Positions 17,254 to 24,594 are shown, counted from the stretch's first letter. The stretch: 32,000 nucleotides of DNA from Pyrolobus fumarii 1A (GCF_000223395.1 NC_015931.1:1740001-1772000), one strand, 5' to 3'. Numbers and translations: made by a program. Notes: a model not told the origin generated them from the sequence alone.

Positions 17254-18132
17254 TTGGGGCCCCTGCTAAACGCCGTTTTATTCGCGATTCTCGTCACCCT
17301 CGGTTATGTCTCGCGCCGCACGAGACTAGAGCGTCTTCTCGTCGAGCCTAGCGTGAAGCTACTCCTCTACATTATAGTGCCACTTTCCATTGCTAGGGCG
17401 TACGCGCTCCACGGCATAGAGGCGTTCACAAGCTACTCTCTCATAGCGCTAGTCGCTTTTGCCGCGAGTACACCCTATGCCATGATAGCCTCACGCAGAC
17501 TTTGCGGTTGGAACGCAAAATGCAAGACTGTCGTAATGCTCACGCTGCTCTTCCCGAACAGTGTCTTCCTGCCTCTAAGCCTAGCACCCCCACTAGGCCT
17601 CGACATAGACGTCATATCGTCATACGCGCTTCCATTGATACTCCTGCATTTCACTCTCGGCTACCGCCTAGGCGGCGAGAAGAGCAGGAGAGACGTGCCG
17701 CTTCTGGTGGTTACTGCCGCTGCAACAGGACTAGCACTGAGCATCTCGAGCCTAACGCCACTCCTAGAGCCTCTCTGGCATGCTGCAGGACTCTTAGGCC
17801 GCCTGAGCGGCTACGCTTCCATGCTCGTTGTGGGCGCATCACTACCAGAGCTTAGAGCGACGCATCTTAGAGACCCATTGCTCTACTTCATCGCCCTATG
17901 GAGGGGAGTAGCGAGCCCCATTCTACACTACTCGCTGGCCATGGTCGCGGGCGTAACGGGAGCCGCACTCAAGACACTAATGGTCGAGGCGGTTATGGCG
18001 CCAGCTACCATGAATGCTGTTATAGCCAGACACCTTGGTGTTGACCACGAACGTGTCGCGACAACAATACTCGTCTTGACTCCGCTCGCAGCTCTAGAGG
18101 CCCTGCTACTCACCCTCCTCCTTAACCCGTGA
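17254..18132 (+). CDS. AEC-family (auxin efflux carrier-like) membrane transporter
   Basis: 292 aa with about 8-10 TM helices. The N-terminus LLNAVLFAILVTLGYVSRR is typical of the AEC family. TTG start lies 3 nt after the infB stop. Confidence 0.6.
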   Translation: MGPLLNAVLFAILVTLGYVSRRTRLERLLVEPSVKLLLYIIVPLSIARAYALHGIEAFTSYSLIALVAFAASTPYAMIASRRLCGWNAKCKTVVMLTLLFPNSVFLPLSLAPPLGLDIDVISSYALPLILLHFTLGYRLGGEKSRRDVPLLVVTAAATGLALSISSLTPLLEPLWHAAGLLGRLSGYASMLVVGASLPELRATHLRDPLLYFIALWRGVASPILHYSLAMVAGVTGAALKTLMVEAVMAPATMNAVIARHLGVDHERVATTILVLTPLAALEALLLTLLLNP

Positions 18133-18925
18133 GACAGCAGACCGGCCTAGACTCCAGCCTCACCACGGTAACCTCTCCCAGAGCCCGCCAGGCAGCCACA
18201 ACTCTCTCCACGGCATCCTCCTCAACAAAAGCCTCGTAGACCGGCCCAAGGCCAGACAGGCTGGCCGCCAACGCGCCAGCCTCGAGCGCCAGCCGGACCG
18301 GCTCGAGAGGCGCACATAGGTACCCGCGGTAGGCCTCCCAGTTTAGACGCACAGCTTCAAACACACGACCCTCCAGGGCCTCCTCCCAAGCCCTCTCAGC
18401 TACACGGGCAGCCTGCCCCCTCAGCTCGGGTCTGCACGGGGGCCACAGGCGGTTGACTCCACGCGGCTTCAACAGGACTACTAGAGTGTCACGCGGAGGC
18501 TCATACCTCTTGACCACAACTCTCCTACGGTTATCAACTACCACAACACCGCCCAAAAGACTAGCATAAGCGTCATCGGCGGCACCTGTGACGCTAACAC
18601 CAGCCTCGATACCAACCCGCGCGTTAACATCCACTATGAACCTAGGCGATGGGTCGTGAACCCCACGGTATCGCAGGAAAGCTAGTAGAGACGCGTTGAC
18701 AACCGCACTACTACTCTTCACGCCACCCCGGAAGCCCAGACTAGCAGAAGCCTCCACACAGAATCCATCACCACCAACAGCACGCAGAGCCATGCAAGGG
18801 AGTCCACAATCACAAGAACCCTTGTACAAACGAGCCTCGATATGCTCGCTTATAGCGACGGCTGCACCCTTCCAGGAAGCCACCGCGTTCACGATAGTAG
18901 CGCCGAGCCATGCGCGTGCACGCAA
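18122..18925 (-). CDS. aroK: Archaeal-type shikimate kinase (GHMP kinase superfamily)
   Basis: GATIVNAVASWKGAAVAI and GVKSSSAVVNA match the MJ1440-type shikimate kinase motifs (GTIINAIATGKG, GLKSSSAAANA). The ORF-track N-terminus (to 18991) is the reverse complement of tRNA-Pro, so TTG 18925 is taken as the start. Confidence 0.7.
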   Translation of the reverse strand: MRARAWLGATIVNAVASWKGAAVAISEHIEARLYKGSCDCGLPCMALRAVGGDGFCVEASASLGFRGGVKSSSAVVNASLLAFLRYRGVHDPSPRFIVDVNARVGIEAGVSVTGAADDAYASLLGGVVVVDNRRRVVVKRYEPPRDTLVVLLKPRGVNRLWPPCRPELRGQAARVAERAWEEALEGRVFEAVRLNWEAYRGYLCAPLEPVRLALEAGALAASLSGLGPVYEAFVEEDAVERVVAAWRALGEVTVVRLESRPVCCLTG

Positions 18926-18938
18926 GGAGGAGCCCCCG

Positions 18939-19017
18939 TGGTGGGGCCGCGGGGATTTGAACCCCGGATCACGGGGACCCAAACCCCGCATCCTAGTCCA
19001 GGCTAGACGACGGCCCC
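18939..19017 (-). tRNA. tRNA-Pro (anticodon UGG), CCA encoded
   Basis: Folded by hand: acceptor GGGGCCG/CGGCCCC, anticodon arm CGGGG-UUUGGGU-CCCCG, T arm CGGGG-UUCAAAU-CCCCG, discriminator A, then CCA. Confidence 0.9.
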
Positions 19018-19067
19018 TAGACCCGTCCCGCCCCAGCCTGGGGGAGGGGGAGCCCGGGTTTTAGGGG

Positions 19068-19177
19068 TGGTGCCGCCGCCGGGATTTGAACCCGGGACCT
19101 CCGGATCTCCCAGGCGGCCTCGGAGCGGACCGGCCGACCGTATGAGTCCGGCGCTCTGCCAGCTGAGCTACGGCGGC
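19068..19177 (-). tRNA. tRNA-Met elongator type (anticodon CAU; could be tRNA-Ile2) with 34-nt intron at 37/38, CCA encoded
   Basis: Acceptor GCCGCCG/CGGCGGC, D arm GCUC-AGCUGGCA-GAGC, anticodon stem CCGGA/UCCGG with loop CUCAUA^A, T arm CCGGG-UUCAAAU-CCCGG. Removing 19107-19140 restores a 76-nt cloverleaf. It is not initiator-like: no A1:U72 and no GGG/CCC anticodon stem. Confidence 0.85.
19107..19140 (-). other. tRNA intron (34 nt, canonical 37/38 position)
   Basis: Intron sequence CGGUCGGCCGGUCCGCUCCGAGGCCGCCUGGGAG interrupts the anticodon loop. Internal pairing of CGGUCGGCC with GGCCGCCUG is possible. Confidence 0.8.
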
Positions 19178-19206
19178 ACCATGTAAAGGCGGCTTGGGTA
19201 ACGGGG

Positions 19207-19215
19207 TTTATATGA
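19207..19215 (-). promoter_or_regulatory. TATA box (minus strand TCATATAAA) for the tRNA-Met/tRNA-Pro(/aroK) unit
   Basis: Centred about 34 nt upstream of the tRNA-Met 5' end (19177). It is formed by the last Ile codons and the TAA stop of the upstream RHH gene. Confidence 0.5.
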
Positions 19216-19408
19216 TTATCTCGAACTCTATCTTGTCGCTTCGAACCTCGCGTCTCCTAACGGGTCGTATGGCGATACCCTCAGACTCCAAAAGCCTCTT
19301 GATGGCTTCGCGTATAGCTTCGCTACGGGACATCCTCTTCATCTTCGCGTAGCGATCCAGCGCCTCTAGCAGAGCCTCATCCACCTTAAACGTGACAATC
19401 CGGAGCAT
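19208..19408 (-). CDS. Ribbon-helix-helix (CopG/Arc/MetJ-type) DNA-binding protein
   Basis: MLRIVTFKVDEALLEALDRYAKMKRMSRSEAIREAIKRLL is a classic RHH beta-strand plus two helices. The ORF is open to 19477, but the extra 23 residues (MWASCTLTAQVLW...) look non-protein-like. Confidence 0.65.
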   Translation of the reverse strand: MLRIVTFKVDEALLEALDRYAKMKRMSRSEAIREAIKRLLESEGIAIRPVRRREVRSDKIEFEIII

Positions 19409-19598
19409 ACAACGACCCCGATAGTAGAGCCAGTACGTCCAGAGTACTTGAGCCGTTAGCGTACAAGATGCCCACACAGAGGGAGAGACCCTACCGAAAC
19501 TAAATGTTCGTCGAATTCTCGAAGACGTTTGCTAAAAATTAAGCAAAGCTAAGCTTAAACCCCCTAGCGCGTACCGAGGTCACAACTCGGGTTCGGGT

Positions 19599-19674
19599 AG
19601 CCGGGTCGTCTAGCGGCCAAGGATGCGGGGCTCTGGCCCCCGTGACCGGGGTTCGAATCCCCGCCCGGCTACCA
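19599..19674 (+). tRNA. tRNA-Gln (anticodon CUG), CCA encoded
   Basis: Acceptor AGCCGGG/CCCGGCU (A1:U72 as in archaeal tRNA-Gln), anticodon arm CGGGG-CUCUGGC-CCCCG, T arm CGGGG-UUCGAAU-CCCCG, then A and CCA. Confidence 0.9.
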
Positions 19675-19834
19675 TTCTAGCTCCCACCTCACATACCCCT
19701 CCAACTCCTCCGGTTGCAAGCCCTCGCCACTATTACGTCCTCGTGATTCAGGACCCGCTTGCATGCCTGTTGCCCGATCAAGGCTCCATTGTTTATAGTG
19801 TGGGTTGTCGTGCGGGGGTTGGGGTGTTTGACGA

Positions 19835-21103
19835 GTGGCTGGCCAGACGTTCGTCGAGAAGCTGTTCTCGCTGAGGACTGGTAGGAGGGTGTCACCCGGC
19901 GAGATAGTAGTTGTCGATGTTGACGTTGTATACGCGCAGGATGGCACAGCGCCTCTCGCTATACGTGTTATGCGTGAGGAGTTTGGTGTTGAGAGGGTTG
20001 CTAAGCCGGACCGGACGCTCTTCTTCATAGACCATGTCTCGCCGAGTAGCAACCCGGATACTTCGGCTCTTCACAGGTTGATGAGGGAGTTTGCAGCTAG
20101 ACATGGTATCAGGCTTTACGACGTGGGTATGGGTATTAGCCACCAGGTTGTGTTCGAGGAGGGCTGGGTTGTTCCGGGTGCCGTTGTCGTCGGCGCTGAT
20201 AGCCATACTGTGACTGGTGGTGCTGTCGGCGCGTTCGCGACTGGCGTTGGAAGCACCGACGCTGCTGCCGCGATGGTGTCGGGGAGGTTGTGGTTCCGCG
20301 TCCCAGAGGCTATTCGAGTGTGGCTGCGTGGCTCCCTTAGCGGCCCCGTGCTAGGCAAGGATGTTGCGTTGAAGCTTCTCTCTATCCTGGGCTCAAGCGG
20401 CGCTAGCTACAAGAGCCTAGAGTTCTGGGGCGATGGCGTCAAGAGCCTCAGCCTGGCCTCCAGACTGACTATAGCCAATATGAGCGTAGAGATGGGCGCG
20501 AAGAACGCCTACTTCCCGCCCGATGAGAGGGTCTTCGAGCACCTGCGTAATGTCGGTGCGAAGGTGCCGGTTAGGCCCATCTACCCGGACCCGGACGCCG
20601 TTTACAGCGACGAGATTGAAGTCGAGCTTGACAAGGTAGAGCCCATGGTTGCTCTGCCCCCCAACCCGAGCAATGCGAAACCAGTCACTGAAGTCGAGGG
20701 CTTGGAGGTTGACCAGGTGTTCATCGGGAGCTGTACCAATGGCCGTGAGGAGGATTTCGAGGCTGCCGCTAGGGTGTTGAAGGGTAGGAAGGTGCATCCA
20801 CGAGTGAGGTGCATAGCGGTACCGGCTTCCAGGAGAGTCTACATGAACCTCCTCAAGCGCGGCATAATAGACATCCTAGTCGAGGCCGGGTGTATAGTGA
20901 CGCACAGCACCTGCGGGCCGTGCGTGGGTGCACACTTCGGGCTACTAGGCCCCGAGGAGGTCGGCGTCTTCACAACGAACCGTAACTTCCCAGGGCGCGC
21001 TGGCCACAGGAGCGCGAAGATCATACTAGCGTCTCCATACACTGCGGCCGCAGCCGCGGTGACCGGCAAGCTAGTCGACCCCCGTAGCCTCATTAGGGGC
21101 TAG
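19835..21103 (+). CDS. Aconitase-family dehydratase large subunit (3-isopropylmalate / homoaconitate dehydratase, LeuC/HacA-like)
   Basis: 422 aa. Fe-S ligand motifs FIGSCTNGR and HSTCGPCVG, plus the GADSHT substrate motif. GTG start, with TTTATAG at 19792-19798 upstream. No small-subunit gene is adjacent. Confidence 0.85.
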   Translation: MAGQTFVEKLFSLRTGRRVSPGEIVVVDVDVVYAQDGTAPLAIRVMREEFGVERVAKPDRTLFFIDHVSPSSNPDTSALHRLMREFAARHGIRLYDVGMGISHQVVFEEGWVVPGAVVVGADSHTVTGGAVGAFATGVGSTDAAAAMVSGRLWFRVPEAIRVWLRGSLSGPVLGKDVALKLLSILGSSGASYKSLEFWGDGVKSLSLASRLTIANMSVEMGAKNAYFPPDERVFEHLRNVGAKVPVRPIYPDPDAVYSDEIEVELDKVEPMVALPPNPSNAKPVTEVEGLEVDQVFIGSCTNGREEDFEAAARVLKGRKVHPRVRCIAVPASRRVYMNLLKRGIIDILVEAGCIVTHSTCGPCVGAHFGLLGPEEVGVFTTNRNFPGRAGHRSAKIILASPYTAAAAAVTGKLVDPRSLIRG

Positions 21104-21134
21104 GAGGGCATCGGGATAACTGGATGTGGATAGC

Positions 21135-21183
21135 CTGGCCCGGGCCCGGAGGCCCGCCCGGGCCGGTGAGGAGTGGGGCTTTT
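21135..21183 (+). terminator. GC-rich hairpin (GGCCCGGGC / GCCCGGGCC, 10-nt loop) followed by a TTTT run
   Basis: Stem 21137-21145 / 21156-21164, extendable by C:G and U.G pairs. T4 at 21180-21183. It lies about 34 nt after the dehydratase stop. Confidence 0.4.
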
Positions 21184-21332
21184 GCCGAAACCGGGCTCAG
21201 CGAGGTGGGCGCGCTCACCCCGCCTTTCTTGGCGGTCGCCTAGTGCGTAACTACATCACAGCCCCTGTATATACTACCACGGTTTAAACGCCGTGTATGT
21301 GTTGCTTGTCCGGCCGTAGGCATGCGGCTTTA

Positions 21333-21354
21333 ACCGGGGTGATACCGGGGTGAT
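21333..21354 (+). repeat. Perfect tandem duplication of an 11-mer (ACCGGGGTGAT x2)
   Basis: Read directly: 21333-21343 and 21344-21354. Each copy contains GGTGAT, complementary to the archaeal 16S rRNA 3' end (..AUCACC..). It ends 15 nt before TTG 21370. Confidence 0.9.
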
Positions 21355-21369
21355 TTCAGGCGCTCAGTC

Positions 21370-22437
21370 TTGTCGCTAAGACCCTTTAAGCTGATACTGG
21401 GCACCCCTGTACCGGGAATACCGCGCCCCTGGCAGCAAGTGCGTATTCCCGGTGTCATGGTCAGCGCCTACACGTTGCTGACTAACCCGCGTCTACGCGA
21501 GCTAGCGAGAGGCAGGGGTCTCCGAAGGCTCCTCGGTCTGAGCGACGATGTGGAGTTGTGGATAGACTCTGGTGGCTACCAGTTCATGAGGAAGGGGTTC
21601 GACCCGGGGCCCGAGAAGCTAGCCGCGCTCTATCGTGAGATAGATGCGGACTTCTATGTTAGTCTGGATTATCCTCCGAGGCCCCGCGAGCCTCTAGCTA
21701 CGCGTGCATTGAAGGTGGTGAAGACGATAGAGGCTTTCAACAAGATGAGGAGTTTGCTGGGAGGGTTGCGGGATAGACTTGTACCTGTCTTTCACCTCTC
21801 GTGGGGCAAGCTGCTGCGCATCCAGCTACACTCGTATAGCGTCGCTGAGGCCGCCGCCATAGGCGGCCTTGTACCCCTAATGATGCAGCTTGACGGTAAG
21901 TATAGCAGGAGGAGGGCTGTGGCTTTCCTCGCGCTGATGAGGAGGCTCTGGGGGTCTAGGCTCCATGCGCTGGGGTTGGCCTCAGCTGCGGTCATTCCAC
22001 TCCTACGGATAATAGGGATTGATAGTGGCGACACGCAAACATGGAGGCATAAGGCAGCTTACGGGAAGGTGATTATACCCGGTCTTGGAGAGAGGCATGT
22101 AAGTGGTCGTGAGGTTCGCTTCGGGCCGGCTAGGCTGAGGGACGGCGAAGAGCTACGCCTCTATCGTATGATACTCGAGGAGGCCTCTAGGGAGTTGGGC
22201 CTGGACCCGCAAAAGATAGCGCATGATTTCGTGGCACGCGCTGTGCTCAACGCGTGGGTGTTGAACAGGGTTGCCATTAACGGCTACGGGTACCTAGCTG
22301 CTAGCCGTGCATGGCTCAACCTCTACCAGTATGCCTCTGAGCTCGTGAGGAGGGACCCTGGCGAGATAGAGATGGAGATAGAGAAGATGGCGCTTGAAGC
22401 CATGAAGAGCTTGGCGGGCGGGACCGCCGCGAAGTGA
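21370..22437 (+). CDS. TGT-superfamily (tRNA-guanine transglycosylase/DpdA-like) protein lacking the zinc site and PUA domain
   Basis: By-eye matches to the TGT core: WIDSGGYQFM, VSLDYPP, AAIGGLVPL, LHALGLA...GIDSGDT. There is no Cys anywhere in the 355 aa. TTG is the first possible start after an in-frame stop at 21340. Confidence 0.6.
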   Translation: MSLRPFKLILGTPVPGIPRPWQQVRIPGVMVSAYTLLTNPRLRELARGRGLRRLLGLSDDVELWIDSGGYQFMRKGFDPGPEKLAALYREIDADFYVSLDYPPRPREPLATRALKVVKTIEAFNKMRSLLGGLRDRLVPVFHLSWGKLLRIQLHSYSVAEAAAIGGLVPLMMQLDGKYSRRRAVAFLALMRRLWGSRLHALGLASAAVIPLLRIIGIDSGDTQTWRHKAAYGKVIIPGLGERHVSGREVRFGPARLRDGEELRLYRMILEEASRELGLDPQKIAHDFVARAVLNAWVLNRVAINGYGYLAASRAWLNLYQYASELVRRDPGEIEMEIEKMALEAMKSLAGGTAAK

Positions 22438-22447
22438 AACCCCCTGG

Positions 22448-22454
22448 TATATAA
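22448..22454 (+). promoter_or_regulatory. TATA box (TATATAA) for the L35Ae gene, framed by AACCCC/GGGGTT
   Basis: Canonical TATA heptamer about 39 nt upstream of ATG 22490. It is flanked by 6-bp inverted repeats at 22438-22443 and 22455-22460. Confidence 0.5.
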
Positions 22455-22489
22455 GGGGTTGGTGCGCGCGTGGCGCGGGGGGCGTGTAG

Positions 22490-22819
22490 ATGAGCGGGGA
22501 GGCCACAAGGCTCGTACGCCTGCCGACCCCCGAGGAGATATTCGAGAAGGGTATGGCTGTTGGTGTTATCCTAGGCTACCGCATGGGTGGTAACGAGCAA
22601 TACGAGAACCAGGTGCGCATCAAGATATTCGGCATTAACGATCGTAGGCTAGCCTCGAGGCTCATTGGCTGGAAGGTCATCTACCGTGACCAGTACGGCA
22701 ACGAGTATAGGGGGAAGGTGATCGGCGTTCACGGGAACCGCGGTGTCGTCCTGGCGAGGTTTAAGCCAAACCTACCAGGCCAGGCAATAACCGGCCTCGT
22801 AGTACTCCAGAGGAGCTAG
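22490..22819 (+). CDS. rpl35ae: Ribosomal protein L35Ae (eL33)
   Basis: GVILGYRMGGNEQ...LIGWKV...GKVIGVHGNRGVVLARFKPNLPGQA matches the archaeal L35Ae pattern. ATG 22553 would give the more usual 88-aa length, but the TATA position favours 22490. Confidence 0.8.
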   Translation: MSGEATRLVRLPTPEEIFEKGMAVGVILGYRMGGNEQYENQVRIKIFGINDRRLASRLIGWKVIYRDQYGNEYRGKVIGVHGNRGVVLARFKPNLPGQAITGLVVLQRS

Positions 22820-22893
22820 CCTCTTTTAGCAGCACCTCTGGCCTCGAGTTCCTCGCCGAGCACGAGAAGCTGTTGCGCCTACCCCCTCTCGCG

Positions 22894-23316
22894 CTATACG
22901 CTGTTGCCCTTAACCCTGTTCTCTTTATCCTCGTTCTCATTGGCGTCTCTCGGACTCCTTTCACAGATTGCAAGAGGGTGCTTGCAAGCCTCGAGTGGCG
23001 CATCATCGGCAACGATTATCTTGCCGTTTTCTGCGTAAGCCTCGTACCCTCTTCTCCGCAGCCTACCCGCGAAGTAGATCGCTGTGGCCTCGTCCAGCAA
23101 CTGTGTTAGTGGCTTCGCGCGGTAGACGAGGGGTCTGATTCTCACCAGGAACCCTTGCTTTACAAGCCTCTTCACGAGTCTCTCTGCCACACGGCCACCC
23201 ATGTAAGGCTTGAGTATCTCGACAGCCTCGCCTAGGTTGAATTCACGGTCGCCGAACGCCCTCCAGAGCGTATAGTAGGCTAGGAATTCGCGACGCTTAG
23301 GCCACCTCTTTATCAT
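22894..23316 (-). CDS. Hypothetical protein, possible winged-helix domain
   Basis: 140 aa. LGEAVEIL...VAERLVKRLVKQGFLVRIRPLVYRAKP looks wHTH-like. The gene lies 11 nt downstream of the SPOUT gene on the same strand. No family recognised. Confidence 0.5.
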   Translation of the reverse strand: MIKRWPKRREFLAYYTLWRAFGDREFNLGEAVEILKPYMGGRVAERLVKRLVKQGFLVRIRPLVYRAKPLTQLLDEATAIYFAGRLRRRGYEAYAENGKIIVADDAPLEACKHPLAICERSPRDANENEDKENRVKGNSV

Positions 23317-23327
23317 AGAGCCGGGTC

Positions 23328-23825
23328 CTAGCTGGTGTACTCCTCCGGGGGCTCAAGTCTCCCGCTGCACCTTGACACTATCTCGTAGAGCCCCATGGTA
23401 GCCGACGAGGCGACGTTATAGCTCATACCCTCTACTCTCATCGGTATCCTCGCCACCACGTGGGGCTCTAGCATGTCGGCAACGTGTCTAGGCACTCCAT
23501 AATCCTCGGCGCCGAGTATCAATGCTATACAATCCCCACAATCAACCTTGGCCTCGTCGAGATACTGGAAGCCATAGGTCTCGAGGAGCACCTTGAAACA
23601 CCCACTGAGTTCTTTGACCGCCTCCTCGAGGCTTACCAGCCTATAGCCCTGAGGCTCTAGCCGCGGCCCACCCGGCCTCGGCACCACGAGTAGCTCCGCT
23701 CCAGTACTCGAGGCGATCTTTGCAATGTCCTCTACGTTCTTCGGGTCTTTGGGGTGGTAAAAGAGGAGCACTATGCGCGTTCTCAAGGCTCTCCACCCGG
23801 GCGGCCTGGTTATAGGCTGGCACAT
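23328..23825 (-). CDS. SPOUT-superfamily (SpoU/TrmL-like) RNA 2'-O-methyltransferase
   Basis: IVLLFYHPKDPKNVEDIAKIASSTGAELLVV and ALILGAEDYGVP...ARIPM..GMSYNVASSATMGLYEI parallel the TrmL/YibK motifs, including the trefoil-knot region. ATG 23825 is preferred. The longer ORF would overlap the divergent PHP gene. Confidence 0.7.
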   Translation of the reverse strand: MCQPITRPPGWRALRTRIVLLFYHPKDPKNVEDIAKIASSTGAELLVVPRPGGPRLEPQGYRLVSLEEAVKELSGCFKVLLETYGFQYLDEAKVDCGDCIALILGAEDYGVPRHVADMLEPHVVARIPMRVEGMSYNVASSATMGLYEIVSRCSGRLEPPEEYTS

Positions 23826-23856
23826 TTCGATAGATTGAACCAGGTTAAGGCTGGTT

Positions 23857-24582
23857 ATGAGGAAGTTGCGTGGAGACCTACATGTGCACAGCACCATGAG
23901 CGATGGGAAGACATCGCCAAAGGAGATTGTACTCAAGGTTCTAGAGCTAGGCTTCGATATAGTCGCTGTAACCGATCACGACACTTTCGAAGGGTCTCTG
24001 CAAGCAGCACGATACGTGAAGAGCACCGGGTATGAGTTGATCCCGCTCATAGCGGCTGAGATACGCACCGAGGCTGGCGACGTGCTCGTGTATTGCCCGG
24101 AGAAGCCCCTCTCCAGGATACCGAGGCGCCTAGAGGATCTCGTGGATCACGCGCATGAAGAGGGTTGCATTGTCGTCGCAGCTCATCCTTTTGATGCCCG
24201 GCGGTATGGAGTAGGCGAGCGCATATACGATGTTGATTTCGACGCGATAGAGGTGTTTAATGCTAATGCCGACCCCTTGTCAAATCGGAGGGCTCTAGAG
24301 GCTGCAAAGAGTCTCGGTAAGCCTGGGCTTGCTAACAGCGACGCTCACGTCCTAGACTTTGTAGGGTCAAGCTTCAACATCATCGAGGCCGATGATGATC
24401 CGGGAAGCGTGATAAAGGCTATTCGGGATGGCCGCGTGACGCCTGTTCCAGGTAGACCCGGCCCCATGGCTTACATCAAGGCTGTTGCTTGGAGTGTAGA
24501 GAGGAGGCTAAGGAGGGGCAAGAGAGACGAACCCTCTAGGCTCGACTATCTAGAGGACTTTCAGGACTATGCTCCTGTGTGA
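23857..24582 (+). CDS. PHP-domain metal-dependent phosphoesterase (COG0613-like)
   Basis: GDLHVHSTMSDGKTSPKEIV...AVTDHDT...AAHPF...NSDAH carries the PHP His/Asp metal-ligand motifs. Confidence 0.85.
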   Translation: MRKLRGDLHVHSTMSDGKTSPKEIVLKVLELGFDIVAVTDHDTFEGSLQAARYVKSTGYELIPLIAAEIRTEAGDVLVYCPEKPLSRIPRRLEDLVDHAHEEGCIVVAAHPFDARRYGVGERIYDVDFDAIEVFNANADPLSNRRALEAAKSLGKPGLANSDAHVLDFVGSSFNIIEADDDPGSVIKAIRDGRVTPVPGRPGPMAYIKAVAWSVERRLRRGKRDEPSRLDYLEDFQDYAPV

Positions 24583-24594
24583 GGGTGGCTCGTC

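Noticed and set aside
18926-18991. N-terminal extension of the shikimate kinase ORF (MRGLGPRDPGFKSPRPHHGGSS)
   Set aside because: It is the reverse-complement reading of tRNA-Pro. The conserved kinase N-terminus begins right after TTG 18925.
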